Part shown: positions 11,719-23,703 of the stretch, in pieces | Position numbering within the stretch: position 1 is the stretch's first letter | Layout: each line of letters begins with the position of its first letter | Assembly (NCBI GenBank): GCA_963796105.1 | Contig: CAWCKJ010000007.1 | Location: forward strand, 134,662 to 198,661 | Direction of reading: 5' to 3' | From: a candidate division FCPU426 bacterium | GTDB taxonomy: Bacteria > Oederibacteriota > Muellerivitia > Muellerivitales > Muellerivitaceae | DNA length: 64,000 nt | Made by a program: the position numbers and the translations under genes | The notes under the pieces: generated by a model | Seen by the model: the letters and a program-made list of their open reading frames with translations, nothing else | The model's database searches: none | Told to the model about the DNA's origin: nothing

Positions 11719-14082
11719 TTGTTCGAATCAAAAGTAACCACAAAACTAAAAGAATTGACCGTTCTTTTGGCTCTTTTTTTTACTCCCTTGCTGTTTTTCA
11801 CCTCATCCCACGATCAATTCGAGCTTCCTAAAATCACTTTTTTATCCGTCCTCTGCCTTCCCCTTTTGATTTTGAGCCTTTTGAGCAAAAAATACGTTCC
11901 ACCCAAACCCGTGGTGATTGCGGTGCTCATATTTGTGTTCACGCAAATTCTTTCCTCAACCCCATGGATCAGCTTAAGCATGTCCACCAGCCTATTAGGT
12001 GAGTATGAGAATTTTTCCGGATTGACCACTTTGTTGGTTTACCTGGCTTGGTTCCTCGTTTTATTTCATTCCCCGAACAGCTTAAAAACCGGTAAATATT
12101 TTCTATTCTCCATTTTATCCGCTTTCCTTTTATCCCTTTACGCTCTGGGCCAGCATTACCAATTTGATTTCGTTCAATGGAACCCGGAAAGCATTAATTC
12201 ATCGAGGGAATTCGGCTCATTAGGCAACCCGAATTTCCTGGCCGCCTACTTGAGCATGTGCATTCCCCTCGTCTTGGGTTTCTCCATGAAACGCGCATTT
12301 TCCCCAGGGACGGCCCAAACTTCCTCCCCTTTACTATCCCTTTTTTTGATGTCGGCCGGCTTGTGTTTCCTGATTTTAGGCACCTTCCGGATGAGCCAAT
12401 CCTTCCACATTTCGGATTGGAAATGGTCCCTGCTTATGTCTCTCTCCCTGGGTTTATTCATGTTTTCGTCCGGCTTTTTACTCCTGATACATTCAAATAA
12501 TTTGATCTTTTCATTTCTCTCCTTGTTCATTCTGGGATTTGGGCTCTTCAGCACAGGAAGCCGCGGTGGTTTTTTAGCAACTTTTATGGGAATAATGGTT
12601 TATATCTTTTTCATAGTCCGGAAAGAAAATTCTTTTCACGAATTTAACGAGAAATTAAAAGCCATCCCGAAAATAAGGATAGCCGGTTGGCTATCGGCGG
12701 CTTGTCTGGTGGCGGTTTTTCTGTTAAATTTCGGTTCTCCATTTTTGATGCGTTTGAAAACCTCGATTTTCCATATTGGGGAGAGCCTCGCGACCTCCCG
12801 TCTTCATATTTGGATTCCCGCCCTAAGAATGATTCACTCCCATCCCCTGCTGGGAGTGGGCCTCGACGCCTTTAAAATCGCTTTCCCTTATTACAGCGGC
12901 ATCGAGTTCAACCAAATAGACGGACAGTTCGTCAGTTCGCGCACCGCTCACAATGAAATCCTTCAAGTCGCGTCCACGTCAGGTCTTTTGGGCATGGCCA
13001 TTTATCTTTGCGTCATTTATTTCTTCACGGCCTCATGGTTGAAGGCTTACAGGAAATCTATTCCAACTGGGAAATTTTTTCTCATCGGAATTCTCTCTTC
13101 CGTAGTCGCTTACCACACCCAGAACCTGTTTAGTTTCGATGTTGTTTCACTTTGCGTCCTTTGGTACGCCAGCATGGCCCTGATCGCGAATGGGAATATG
13201 GATTCTCCACAACTTCCCGGCCCCCCAAGCGTTCAAAAAGGGGGGCACAAACCGTGGAACGTTTTAATGGCCCTTCTATTTTCAATCCTCGTTATCTACG
13301 CTCTTTTCTTTCCCCTGCAAAGACTGGGCGCGGACATCGCGTTCGCGAAAGCAAGCGCTTATTCCGACTACTTGAAAAAACCGGATCCCGAGTCGGCGCC
13401 GTCCGCTCTCCAATATTATTCAGGCTTGCAAATTTCATATATGAGAAGGGCCGTCGCATTAAACCCATTGGAAGTTAAATATCACCTTTACTTGGGTTTG
13501 GCCTATGAGCAAAACTCAGCCATCGAGGGTTCCCATACGAAGGAATCGCTTTTAACGGCCCTGGATTCATATCAAAATGCCGTCAATTTGAGCCCCTTTA
13601 ACGCTTATTACTACAATGACCAGGGCCGTGTTTTTAAAACCCTCGGACGCCGGGATCGGAATTACCTCAAGAGCGGGGAGGCCGCGTACCGAAAAGCCGT
13701 TCAATGGGCGCCCTCCAGCCCCTACTTTCTCGTGAACCACGCCCATTCCCTGGCGGACATAGGGGACTCATCCGCCTGCAAAGCTGAGCTGGAGAAGGCG
13801 TTTCAATTGGATCCGTCCTTCACCTCGGGAATATTGTCCCAAGTCGGCCTGGAGGAATTTCGGACGGGTCAAAAGGAAATAGCTTTCGGCGATTTAAATG
13901 AGGCGATCCAGGGTAATCCTTCAAACGCGGAGGCTTACTATTACCGGGGCCTTCTCTATCTGGTTGAGAAAAAGAAATCCAAGGCGTTAAAGGACTTTTT
14001 AACGGCGAAAAAACTGATGCCCAATCCCCCTCCCGGTTCCCGGATAAAGTCCCTGGATGACTTGATCCAACAATCCAAATAA
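11719..14082 (+). CDS. O-antigen ligase/Wzy_C-family membrane protein with C-terminal TPRs
   Basis: Many TM segments, GSLGNPNFLAAYL, TGSRGG, HPLLGVG, AHNEILQ; TPR-like C-terminus. Confidence 0.85.
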   Translation: MFESKVTTKLKELTVLLALFFTPLLFFTSSHDQFELPKITFLSVLCLPLLILSLLSKKYVPPKPVVIAVLIFVFTQILSSTPWISLSMSTSLLGEYENFSGLTTLLVYLAWFLVLFHSPNSLKTGKYFLFSILSAFLLSLYALGQHYQFDFVQWNPESINSSREFGSLGNPNFLAAYLSMCIPLVLGFSMKRAFSPGTAQTSSPLLSLFLMSAGLCFLILGTFRMSQSFHISDWKWSLLMSLSLGLFMFSSGFLLLIHSNNLIFSFLSLFILGFGLFSTGSRGGFLATFMGIMVYIFFIVRKENSFHEFNEKLKAIPKIRIAGWLSAACLVAVFLLNFGSPFLMRLKTSIFHIGESLATSRLHIWIPALRMIHSHPLLGVGLDAFKIAFPYYSGIEFNQIDGQFVSSRTAHNEILQVASTSGLLGMAIYLCVIYFFTASWLKAYRKSIPTGKFFLIGILSSVVAYHTQNLFSFDVVSLCVLWYASMALIANGNMDSPQLPGPPSVQKGGHKPWNVLMALLFSILVIYALFFPLQRLGADIAFAKASAYSDYLKKPDPESAPSALQYYSGLQISYMRRAVALNPLEVKYHLYLGLAYEQNSAIEGSHTKESLLTALDSYQNAVNLSPFNAYYYNDQGRVFKTLGRRDRNYLKSGEAAYRKAVQWAPSSPYFLVNHAHSLADIGDSSACKAELEKAFQLDPSFTSGILSQVGLEEFRTGQKEIAFGDLNEAIQGNPSNAEAYYYRGLLYLVEKKKSKALKDFLTAKKLMPNPPPGSRIKSLDDLIQQSK

Positions 14083-14092
14083 CGAATTGATT

Positions 14093-17000
14093 TTAAAGCT
14101 CGATTTGGATCTGGTCTTCTCCCAAAAGATCGTAAACGGCTTTTAAAAATCCTTTGGAGGGTTTGACCTTCAATTCAGGGCCCGCCTCCACCACCACCAA
14201 ACCGTGATGCGCCGTCTCCATTTGGAAATAAACGAGGGCCTGCCCCGGGAAATTCTCGCAGACATTTTTCACCTTCGGCAGGAGCGCGTCGTCCCAACCC
14301 ACGACATTCATGTCCAGCCTTACGCCTTTCGCCCATTTAGCGGCGATCTCGTTTAAATCGATCACTTCGTTGGCGATCACCTGCAGGCGGTTCCCCGATT
14401 TATCCAGCCTTCCCCGGATGGCCACCAGCCGTTCCTTTTCCAGGATCCCCAGGTGATTCCTGAAAGTTTCCGGCCAGGCGATAACTTCCACGTGGGTATG
14501 GAGGTCCTCCAGGACGAACCGGGCGAAAGTTTCCTTGGTACGCTTGGAGACGGTCTTGGATAAACTGCGGATCAATCCCGCCACCCGGATTTCCGCGCCA
14601 TCCGGCAGTTCCTCCAGCTCATGCAGGGGCGTCACGTAATGCTCCAATTCCCATTCATGCTCCGAAAGGGGATGTCCCGAGATATAAAAGCCCAAGACCT
14701 CCTTTTCTCCGGTCAAGACCTGCGCGGGGGACCATTCCGGAACCTGCGGAAGTTCCTTCTCCCTCTCATCGCCGCTCATCCCAAATAAGGAGGTCTGTCC
14801 CGCCTGGAAATCGGCCTGCATCGTTTGGGCCTGCTTGAGGATGGAATCCAGGGATTGCTTCATGGCGGAGCGGTTGGATCCCGTGAAATCGAAGGCTCCC
14901 GACAGGATGAGGGATTCGAACATTTTGGCCGTGAAGGACCTCAAATCGACGCGCTTGCAGAAATCGCCAAGAGACTGGAAATTCCCCCCCTTATTCCTGG
15001 CTTCCAGGATCGATTGGATGGCCGGGGCCCCGAGGTTTTTGATGGCTAAAAGGGAAAAACGGATCTGCCCCTCGGAAGTCACCCAAAAAACCTCCCCGCT
15101 TTGATTGACGTCCGGCGGGAGGATTTTCAAATTCATCCTTTTGCACTCGAAAGCGTACTGGGAGATCTTGTCCCGGTTGCCCGCTTCGCTCGTGAGAAGC
15201 GAGGCCATGAACTCGGGCGTAAAATGGGTTTTCAAGTAGGCCGTTTGGTACGCCACCAGGGCATAGGCCGCGCTGTGGGACTTGTTGAAGCCGTAGCCCG
15301 CGAATTTCGAAATCTGGTTGAATATGGCGGATGACGCTTTCGCGTCAATCCCGCGCTGGGCGGCCCCCTCCAGGAACCGGCTCCGCATTTTTTCCATTTG
15401 CTCCAGGTTCTTGCTTCCCATGGCCCTTCTCAGAAGATCCGCCTGTCCCAGGGTGAAGCCCGCCAAATCCTTCGCGATGCGCATGACCTGTTCCTGGTAC
15501 AAAATCACCCCGTAGGTGGTCCTCAAGATGGTCTCCAGTTGGGGGTGAAGATACCCGACTTTGATCTGCCCCTTTTTCCGGTGGATGAAATCGTCCACCA
15601 TATCCGAGCCCAAGGGGCCGGGCCGGTAGAGGGCATTCAGGGCCGTGAGATCCTCCATATTTTCAGGCCCGAGTTTTCGAAGGTAATCCCTCATCCCCCT
15701 GGATTCCAACTGGAAAACACCCAGGGTCTTCGCCTCGCTTAAAAGTTTGTAGGTCTCAAGGTCCTCCATGGGAACGGCGGACAATTCGATTTGGATTCCT
15801 TTTGTTTTCCGAACCAACTGGAGGGTATCGTCAATAACGGTTAAGGTTCTCAAGCCTAAAATGTCCAGTTTGAGAAGTCCCACGTCCTTCAATACATTCA
15901 TGTCATATTGGGTCAGGATCTCGCCGTCCGTTCCCTTGCAGAGGGGAATTTTCTCCAACAGCGGCTGGTTCCCGATAATGATTCCCGCCGCATGGGTGGA
16001 AATATGGCGCACCAATCCCTCCAGGGCCTTGGAAACATCTAAAAGTTTTCTAAACGGCCCTTCCTCCGTGGCCATCGCCTTGAACTCAGGGACCCGCTCT
16101 TCCACGTCCGCCAGTGTGATTTTGGGCTCAAAGGGAATCAGCTTGGCGATGCGGTCCACATCCTCCAGGGACACCTCTAAAACCCGTCCCACATCCCGGA
16201 TGGAGGCCTTGGCCGCCAGGGTTCCGAAAGTGACGATGGAAGCCACGTGATCCTGGCCGTAGGTCTCAGCGATATATCGCAAAACCTCATCCCGCCTGCG
16301 GTCGCAGACATCCACGTCGATATCCGGGGCGCTGACACGCTCGGGATTGATGAACCTCTCGAACAACAAATCGAATCGGATGGGGTCCACCTCGGTGATC
16401 CCCAAAAGATAGGAAACCATGCTGCCAGCGGCGGATCCCCGCCCTGGTCCGACGGGAATCCCTTTTTTCCGCGCGGCGGAGATAAAATCCCAAACAACCA
16501 AAAAGTAGCCGCTGAACCCCGTCTTCCGGATGATGGATAGTTCCTCAAGCATCCGGCCCTTGATCTCAGGATCATAAGCCTTGGAGCCGTAACGCCTTTC
16601 CAGGTTTTCCTGGCAGAGTTTCTCCAGGAACTGGTCCTCACTCGTGTCCTTAACCGGAACGGGGAATTTAGGCATTTGCGGTTTTTCCAGCTCGAACACG
16701 ACATTGCACCTTTGCGCAAGCTCGACGGTGTTCTGGAGGGCCTCAGGCAATTCGGAGAAGAGTTTCGTCATTTCCTCCGCGGATTTCAGGTAATACTCCC
16801 CTGTCTCGAGACGGCCGTGGCGGGGATCGGATAATACCTCCCCCTTTCCCAGGCAAAGAAGCACCTCGTGATTCGGGGCGTCTTCCCGGCGCAGATAACG
16901 GACATCATTGGTGGCCAAGAGCGGTATTCCCGTCCGCTTGGCTATTTCCAAAAGCGGCTGCCGGACAGCCCTTTCCGCTGCTGTCCCATGATCCTGGATT

Positions 17001-17527
17001 TCCAGGAAATACTTGTCCTTTCCAAAAATATCCTGGAATTGACCGGCGATTTTCAACGCGACCGGCATTTCCCCCTTCTCAAGAAACCGGTCCACCTCCC
17101 CTTTCGGACCCCCGGACAAGGCGATGAGGCCCTTGGAGTGCCTCGAGAGCAGGTCCTTGTCCACCCGCGGGTCTGGGGTTGAACCCCTTAAATACCCGGC
17201 GGATGAGATCTGCATCAGGTTGTTGTAACCTTCCTGGTTCTCCGCCAAAAGCACGATGGGATAAGCCGTTTCTGGACGGCCGGAAGCTTTCTCAAACCGC
17301 GAGCCATTGGTCAACAGCACTTCGCATCCCAGGATGGGTTTCAAGCCATGCGAATGGCAGCTTTGATAGAAAGGAATAGCCGCGAACAAGTTGGCCTTGT
17401 CCGTTAGGGCCACCCCCGGCATCTGGAGTTCTTTGAGGCGTACCATGAGGGATTCCAGCCGGACGGTGCTTTCCAGGAGGCTGAACTGGCTGTGGAGATG
17501 TAAATGGATGAAACGGGCATGGTTCAT
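14093..17527 (-). CDS. dnaE: DNA polymerase III alpha subunit
   Basis: PHP N-terminus, GPGRGSAAGS, PDIDVD, FAGYGFNKSH, OB fold. Confidence 0.97.
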   Translation of the reverse strand: MNHARFIHLHLHSQFSLLESTVRLESLMVRLKELQMPGVALTDKANLFAAIPFYQSCHSHGLKPILGCEVLLTNGSRFEKASGRPETAYPIVLLAENQEGYNNLMQISSAGYLRGSTPDPRVDKDLLSRHSKGLIALSGGPKGEVDRFLEKGEMPVALKIAGQFQDIFGKDKYFLEIQDHGTAAERAVRQPLLEIAKRTGIPLLATNDVRYLRREDAPNHEVLLCLGKGEVLSDPRHGRLETGEYYLKSAEEMTKLFSELPEALQNTVELAQRCNVVFELEKPQMPKFPVPVKDTSEDQFLEKLCQENLERRYGSKAYDPEIKGRMLEELSIIRKTGFSGYFLVVWDFISAARKKGIPVGPGRGSAAGSMVSYLLGITEVDPIRFDLLFERFINPERVSAPDIDVDVCDRRRDEVLRYIAETYGQDHVASIVTFGTLAAKASIRDVGRVLEVSLEDVDRIAKLIPFEPKITLADVEERVPEFKAMATEEGPFRKLLDVSKALEGLVRHISTHAAGIIIGNQPLLEKIPLCKGTDGEILTQYDMNVLKDVGLLKLDILGLRTLTVIDDTLQLVRKTKGIQIELSAVPMEDLETYKLLSEAKTLGVFQLESRGMRDYLRKLGPENMEDLTALNALYRPGPLGSDMVDDFIHRKKGQIKVGYLHPQLETILRTTYGVILYQEQVMRIAKDLAGFTLGQADLLRRAMGSKNLEQMEKMRSRFLEGAAQRGIDAKASSAIFNQISKFAGYGFNKSHSAAYALVAYQTAYLKTHFTPEFMASLLTSEAGNRDKISQYAFECKRMNLKILPPDVNQSGEVFWVTSEGQIRFSLLAIKNLGAPAIQSILEARNKGGNFQSLGDFCKRVDLRSFTAKMFESLILSGAFDFTGSNRSAMKQSLDSILKQAQTMQADFQAGQTSLFGMSGDEREKELPQVPEWSPAQVLTGEKEVLGFYISGHPLSEHEWELEHYVTPLHELEELPDGAEIRVAGLIRSLSKTVSKRTKETFARFVLEDLHTHVEVIAWPETFRNHLGILEKERLVAIRGRLDKSGNRLQVIANEVIDLNEIAAKWAKGVRLDMNVVGWDDALLPKVKNVCENFPGQALVYFQMETAHHGLVVVEAGPELKVKPSKGFLKAVYDLLGEDQIQIEL

Positions 17528-17657
17528 GGCGGCATTATATCGGAAAATAATTCTTTGTTTTAGAAAGGCGGAGGAAAAGTTTAATTTGCCCCGGGGTTTA
17601 TAGGCCTAAGAGAGTTTCGAGAGGAGTCATTCCCTTAAGGGAATTAGAAAACCAGTC

Positions 17658-17698
17658 TTATTCCCATTTGATGGTGGCAGGAGGTTTGCTTGATATGT
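17658..17698 (-). repeat. Diverged duplicate of the guaA 3' end (att-like scar)
   Basis: 35/41 identical to 17772-17812; reads [12 protein letters not shown] versus [12 protein letters not shown]. Confidence 0.8.
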
Positions 17699-17771
17699 AC
17701 TGATTTATTTATGAGTTTTCAGGGTAACCAGCGCTATATCAAGCTCCCTTTTCTTAAATCGAATGGTCGCT

Positions 17772-19322
17772 TCACTCCCATTCGATAGTGGCTGGGGGTT
17801 TGCTTGATATGTCGTAAACGACCCGGTTGATGCCCCTCACCTCATTGATAATCCTGTTGGAGATAAGGCCCAAAACCTCATAAGGAAGCTTGACCCAGTC
17901 GGCCGTCATTCCATCGGTGGAATGAACCGCCCGAATCACGCAGACGTGCTCGTAGGTTCTCTCATCCCCCATAACCCCCACCGTTTTTAATGGAGTCAAC
18001 ACCGCGAAAGACTGCCAGATGGAATAATAAAGCCCCGCCTTCCGGATTTCCTCCGCGACAATGGCGTCGGCCTTGCGCAGCATGTCCAGCCTCGGACGGT
18101 CCACGGCGCCGATCAGCCTCACCGCCAAACCGGGACCGGGGAAAGGCTGCCGGTAAAGCATCTCGCGGGGAATGCCGAGCCTCAAACCCAATTCCCGGAC
18201 CTCATCCTTGAATAGTTCCCTCAAGGGTTCCACGAGCTTGAACTTCATGTCCTTGGGAAGCCCCCCCACGTTATGGTGGCTTTTGATCGTGGCTGAGGGT
18301 CCCTTCACCGAAACGCTCTCGATGACATCCGGATAAAGGGTTCCCTGGGCCAGGTACTCAAAAGGGCCCTGCTTTTTTTGGAGATTCTTGGCCTCCCGCT
18401 CGAAAACCCGGATGAAGGTCCGCCCTATGATTTTCCGCTTTTTTTCAGGCTCCTCCACCCCCTTGAGCGGGGTCAGGAACTCTTTTTCCGCGTCGCTGTA
18501 GTGAAGGGGAATCCTTAACTTCCCCCGGAAGGTGGATCGCACCTGCTCCGCCTCCTGGTGGCGCAAGACTCCGTTGTTCACGAAAACACAGTTCAATTGC
18601 CTGCCGACGGCGCGGTGAACCAGGACCGCCGCAACGGTGGAGTCCACGCCGCCGGAGACCCCGCAAAGCACGCGACCTTTTCCCACCTGCGCGCGGATCT
18701 TGAGCACGGCCTCCTTCGCGAAGGATTTCATGTTCCAGGTCGGCCTGCAGCGGCAGATCTTGCGGGCGAAATTCTCCAGGACTTTTTTCCCCTTTTCGGT
18801 ATGCACGACCTCGGGATGGAATTGGACGCCGTAAATATTCCTTTTTTCGTTTATCACCGCGGCAAAAGGGCAGTTGGCGGTGGAGGCCAGGGTCCTGAAC
18901 CCGGTGGGAAGCGCCGTCACATGGTCCCCGTGGCTCATCCAGACCTTGGCGTGTTTGGGAAGTCCCGCCAGAAGCCCCTTCTGGTTCCTGATCTTGAGCT
19001 CCGCCAGTCCGAATTCCCTTTTTCCGGCGTTGCGGACCTTCCCTCCCAATAAAAACGAGGCGAGTTGGAGGCCGTAGCAGATGCCGAGGATCGGGATGGG
19101 AAGATCGAAGAGGGCTTTATCCACATGGGGCGCCCCTGGGGCGTAAACGCTGGCCGGGCCTCCTGAAAGAATGAGGCCCTTGGGTTTTTTTTCCATTATT
19201 TTTTCGATGGGCGTGGAGAAAGGCAGGATCTCGCAATAGACCTTGCATTCGCGGACCCGGCGCGCGATCAACTGGCTGTACTGGGCTCCGAAATCCAAAA
19301 CAAGAATGGTGTCATGCTTCAA
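17772..19322 (-). CDS. guaA: GMP synthase (glutamine-hydrolysing)
   Basis: [40 protein letters not shown]. Confidence 0.98.
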   Translation of the reverse strand: MKHDTILVLDFGAQYSQLIARRVRECKVYCEILPFSTPIEKIMEKKPKGLILSGGPASVYAPGAPHVDKALFDLPIPILGICYGLQLASFLLGGKVRNAGKREFGLAELKIRNQKGLLAGLPKHAKVWMSHGDHVTALPTGFRTLASTANCPFAAVINEKRNIYGVQFHPEVVHTEKGKKVLENFARKICRCRPTWNMKSFAKEAVLKIRAQVGKGRVLCGVSGGVDSTVAAVLVHRAVGRQLNCVFVNNGVLRHQEAEQVRSTFRGKLRIPLHYSDAEKEFLTPLKGVEEPEKKRKIIGRTFIRVFEREAKNLQKKQGPFEYLAQGTLYPDVIESVSVKGPSATIKSHHNVGGLPKDMKFKLVEPLRELFKDEVRELGLRLGIPREMLYRQPFPGPGLAVRLIGAVDRPRLDMLRKADAIVAEEIRKAGLYYSIWQSFAVLTPLKTVGVMGDERTYEHVCVIRAVHSTDGMTADWVKLPYEVLGLISNRIINEVRGINRVVYDISSKPPATIEWE

Positions 19323-19497
19323 AGGGGACTCCCGAAAAAGGATGAGTTATTAAATATCCGCTCAAAAATTCAGGTTGAGGTGCAGCTCGGCTTAAATCTT
19401 TTTCCCGAGTCAGGTGATTCAGGAATGGATTAGCCCGCCGGAATGAGAATACTGATTCCGCGGCCAGCAATCGGTTTATCCCTTTAACCGGGAAAAC

Positions 19498-19788
19498 TCA
19501 CTCGAAATTTCCGTAAAACGCCTTGATGACATGGGGCCGGAGCACGAAATCGATCGTCCCGCCTTCTTTCAACCGTTCCACGGACTTCTGGTCGGCCGCC
19601 TGGAAATTCTCCAAGGTGTCGTACTCGCAAAGAACCATGAAAGTATCCACGTTATTGAGGGCTTTCCTCACATAGGCCTTGATGCAGCCCTTCGAGGATT
19701 TCTCGCCAGTGACATACTTATTCAATATTTCAAGAACTTGATTGTCATGTCCTTTCCGGATGGTGACGACGGCGAGTGAGACGATCAT
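19498..19788 (-). CDS. Antibiotic-biosynthesis-monooxygenase (ABM)-like small protein
   Basis: 96 aa with a dimeric alpha-beta barrel pattern (GCI...TFMVLCEYDT); RBS AAGGAG. Confidence 0.6.
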   Translation of the reverse strand: MIVSLAVVTIRKGHDNQVLEILNKYVTGEKSSKGCIKAYVRKALNNVDTFMVLCEYDTLENFQAADQKSVERLKEGGTIDFVLRPHVIKAFYGNFE

Positions 19789-19808
19789 ATCTGGCTCCTT
19801 TAACCTTT

Positions 19809-21305
<1,497 letters not shown>

Positions 21306-21307
21306 TT

Positions 21308-21336
21308 AATATAAACTCATAAAAAAAGCCTGTCAA
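21308..21336 (-). promoter_or_regulatory. Sigma70-type promoter of guaB
   Basis: TTGACA-17 nt-TATATT on the minus strand. Confidence 0.7.
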
Positions 21337-21403
21337 CCGGCCTTCTTTTGAAATAAACCAAATGGTTTCGATAAGGGAAATTAGGCAGGGACCCCGAAGG
21401 CGC

Positions 21404-23149
21404 TCAGTGCCAGAGGGCGAAATCGGCTTTGTAGGCGGGAATATCCTTCTTGACTAGGAACGTCCGCAAGTGATCCGAAAGGGCCGCCATGTACCTGTTT
21501 TCACTCATTATTTGGGTCTGCAAATCCCGGCCCTGTTTCATCTTGTCCACGGCCGCCACATGCTTGACATAAAGCTGGTCCGGGGAGTCACCCGGGTAAA
21601 ACCCGCTGATATGCTCATCCGTTTCCTGGGCGGTTCCATCCCAGCCGTTGGTGGAGAGCCAGGTCCCGTTGGTGAATACCGTCACGAAGGAAAGGTGGGG
21701 GGTGATTTGACCGGGGGTTTTCAGGATCTCCGCGTAAGTTCCGATATCCTCCTTCATGCTGACATCGAAAAAATTCGGGGAGGGCAGCTGGGGTATGGTC
21801 ATTTGGAGGATGGAGGTAAACCCCATTTTTTGGATCTGGCCCTGGAGGTCGGAATAAGTGGTGACGTCCATTTCCCCGATCTGCCCCGCGTTGACCTGGA
21901 CGATATGGATCGGCGGGATGGTATCCGCAAGGGCCACGGAAGGCCTGTGAATAAGGGTAATGATGCCTGTCAACAGGGCCGCGGAAACCGCCGCCAACAG
22001 GATCAGGAAAACATAGGTCGGGAGCTTCAATTTTTTGGCTGTCGGCTCGAAAATCTCATAGGAACGCCGGCCTAGAAACTTCAGCCAAATTTTTCCCAAC
22101 AATAGGATTTTATGCTTTTTTTTGACCGGCGTGACGGGTATGGGCGGAACGGGACCCGATGGAAATGGAAGATGGGACGGAACGGGAGAGGCGTTGGGTT
22201 CAGGGGCATGGGCTTCCGGGAACGGGGGCCGCAGGGGTTTCGGCTCCTGAATGAGCGTTTCCAAATCGTAAGGCAAGGGCTGTTTCTTGGCCGCCTCAGG
22301 GGCCTTCGCAACAGCATCCATCTGGGGCGCCGGCTGCTTGGGGACTGCTCCTAAGGAAGATAATCCCAAATCGGGCTTTAAAGGGGGTTCAACCGCGGGC
22401 TTTTTGGTTTCAATCGGCGGTTCGACCGGCTTGATGACCATGGCCGGTGGTTCAACCGCTGGTTTCACGGATGGTTCCGGAGCTGGTTTCGCGGGGGCGG
22501 AAGGACCGCCGAAAAGCCCGAGCGGATCGTCCCCTAAATCTTTGCCCTTGAAACTAAGCGGCGAGGAGCCGGTGGTGGCGGCAGGAGCGGGTGTGGGGGC
22601 CTTCATGACCGGCGCTGGATTGGCCTTGGACAGGGGGGCCAAGTTGGGAGAAGAAAAGTTGATCGGCGCCTGGGCAACGGGTTTGGAAGCGGTCGGCGGC
22701 ATCACGGGACTGATTTTCGGCGCGGCGGGATTCAGGTTAATAGGCGGTAAATGCACAGGAGCGGGAACGGCCGGTTTGGAAGGGGCCGGTGGGGCGCCGG
22801 GATTGGCCTTCGGCGGAAACGGATTCATGTCCAGGATCGGGGATGGGGGAAGGGTGGTCTGGATGATCTTGAGAGGGTCGCTCTTCGCGTCGAAGCCCCC
22901 CAAAGGCATCTTGGAAGCCTGCGTGCCCGGGGCGGTCATGGGGGGATCTTTCTTCTCGACCGGATTGATCAAAGGCGGCGGGGCCTTGGGGACCGCCGGC
23001 ATCGCGCCCGCTTTCTTTCCCTTGCAATTGACGCAAAGGGGCTGCCCTAACTCCAAATCCAGGCAATCCAGGCAAACGGGGTTATTGCATCTGGAACAAA
23101 AACCGACGGCGGTTCTGTCGAAATGATTGACGCAGTTGTTTTCCGGCAA
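21404..23149 (-). CDS. Membrane protein with B-box-like Zn finger, long Pro-rich linker, one TM and an extracytoplasmic domain
   Basis: CVNH...CSRC...CLDC...CVNC N-terminus; about 300 aa Pro/Ala/Lys-rich; hydrophobic segment YVFLILLAAVSAALLTGIITLI. Confidence 0.75.
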   Translation of the reverse strand: MPENNCVNHFDRTAVGFCSRCNNPVCLDCLDLELGQPLCVNCKGKKAGAMPAVPKAPPPLINPVEKKDPPMTAPGTQASKMPLGGFDAKSDPLKIIQTTLPPSPILDMNPFPPKANPGAPPAPSKPAVPAPVHLPPINLNPAAPKISPVMPPTASKPVAQAPINFSSPNLAPLSKANPAPVMKAPTPAPAATTGSSPLSFKGKDLGDDPLGLFGGPSAPAKPAPEPSVKPAVEPPAMVIKPVEPPIETKKPAVEPPLKPDLGLSSLGAVPKQPAPQMDAVAKAPEAAKKQPLPYDLETLIQEPKPLRPPFPEAHAPEPNASPVPSHLPFPSGPVPPIPVTPVKKKHKILLLGKIWLKFLGRRSYEIFEPTAKKLKLPTYVFLILLAAVSAALLTGIITLIHRPSVALADTIPPIHIVQVNAGQIGEMDVTTYSDLQGQIQKMGFTSILQMTIPQLPSPNFFDVSMKEDIGTYAEILKTPGQITPHLSFVTVFTNGTWLSTNGWDGTAQETDEHISGFYPGDSPDQLYVKHVAAVDKMKQGRDLQTQIMSENRYMAALSDHLRTFLVKKDIPAYKADFALWH

Positions 23150-23169
23150 GTGGATCAGCCTTTCCCAGC

Positions 23170-23556
23170 TTAAGTCTTTAAAGCGATCACATCCATCTCC
23201 ACCCTGGCGCCTTTGGGCAGGGCCGAAACCTGTACCACCGACCTGGCGGGCGGGTCTTTCGCGAACCGCTCCGCTAAAATCTTGTTCAAGGATCCGAAAT
23301 CAGCGAGATCCGTCAAATACACCGTAAGTTTCACGGCGCCTGAAAGCGAGGACCCAGAAGCCTTCAATACGGCCTCCAGGTTGTCCAAAACCCGGGTAGC
23401 GAGAATCTCAATGGACCCTTCTATCATACCGCCTGTAGAGGGTTCCAAGGGGATTTGCCCGGAACAAAATACGAAGTCCCCCGCCTCCACCGCCTGGGAA
23501 TAGGGGCCGATGGGCTTCGGCGCGCTTTCCGAAAAAACTGTTTTCCTGTCCACCAT
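23170..23556 (-). CDS. ridA: RidA/YjgF-family enamine deaminase
   Basis: APKPIGPYSQAV, SGQIP, PPARSVVQVSALPKGARVEMD; start moved to ATG 23556. Confidence 0.9.
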   Translation of the reverse strand: MVDRKTVFSESAPKPIGPYSQAVEAGDFVFCSGQIPLEPSTGGMIEGSIEILATRVLDNLEAVLKASGSSLSGAVKLTVYLTDLADFGSLNKILAERFAKDPPARSVVQVSALPKGARVEMDVIALKT

Positions 23557-23703
23557 TTTAAAAATCCCCCACATTTCTTGCAATGAAACCTTTGTTAAAT
23601 TGAGCCCCGTTCCTGTTCCGAAACCGGTTTGCCTCGCTTGATTCCAATACACTGGATTCTTGGCAAAGACATTCCGCGCAAGGCTTCAACCACCCTCCCT
23701 TAT

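Noticed and set aside
19323..19497. Purine riboswitch upstream of guaA
   Set aside because: Hairpins are present but the UAUAAU...GAUAUGG...UUUCUACC core is not
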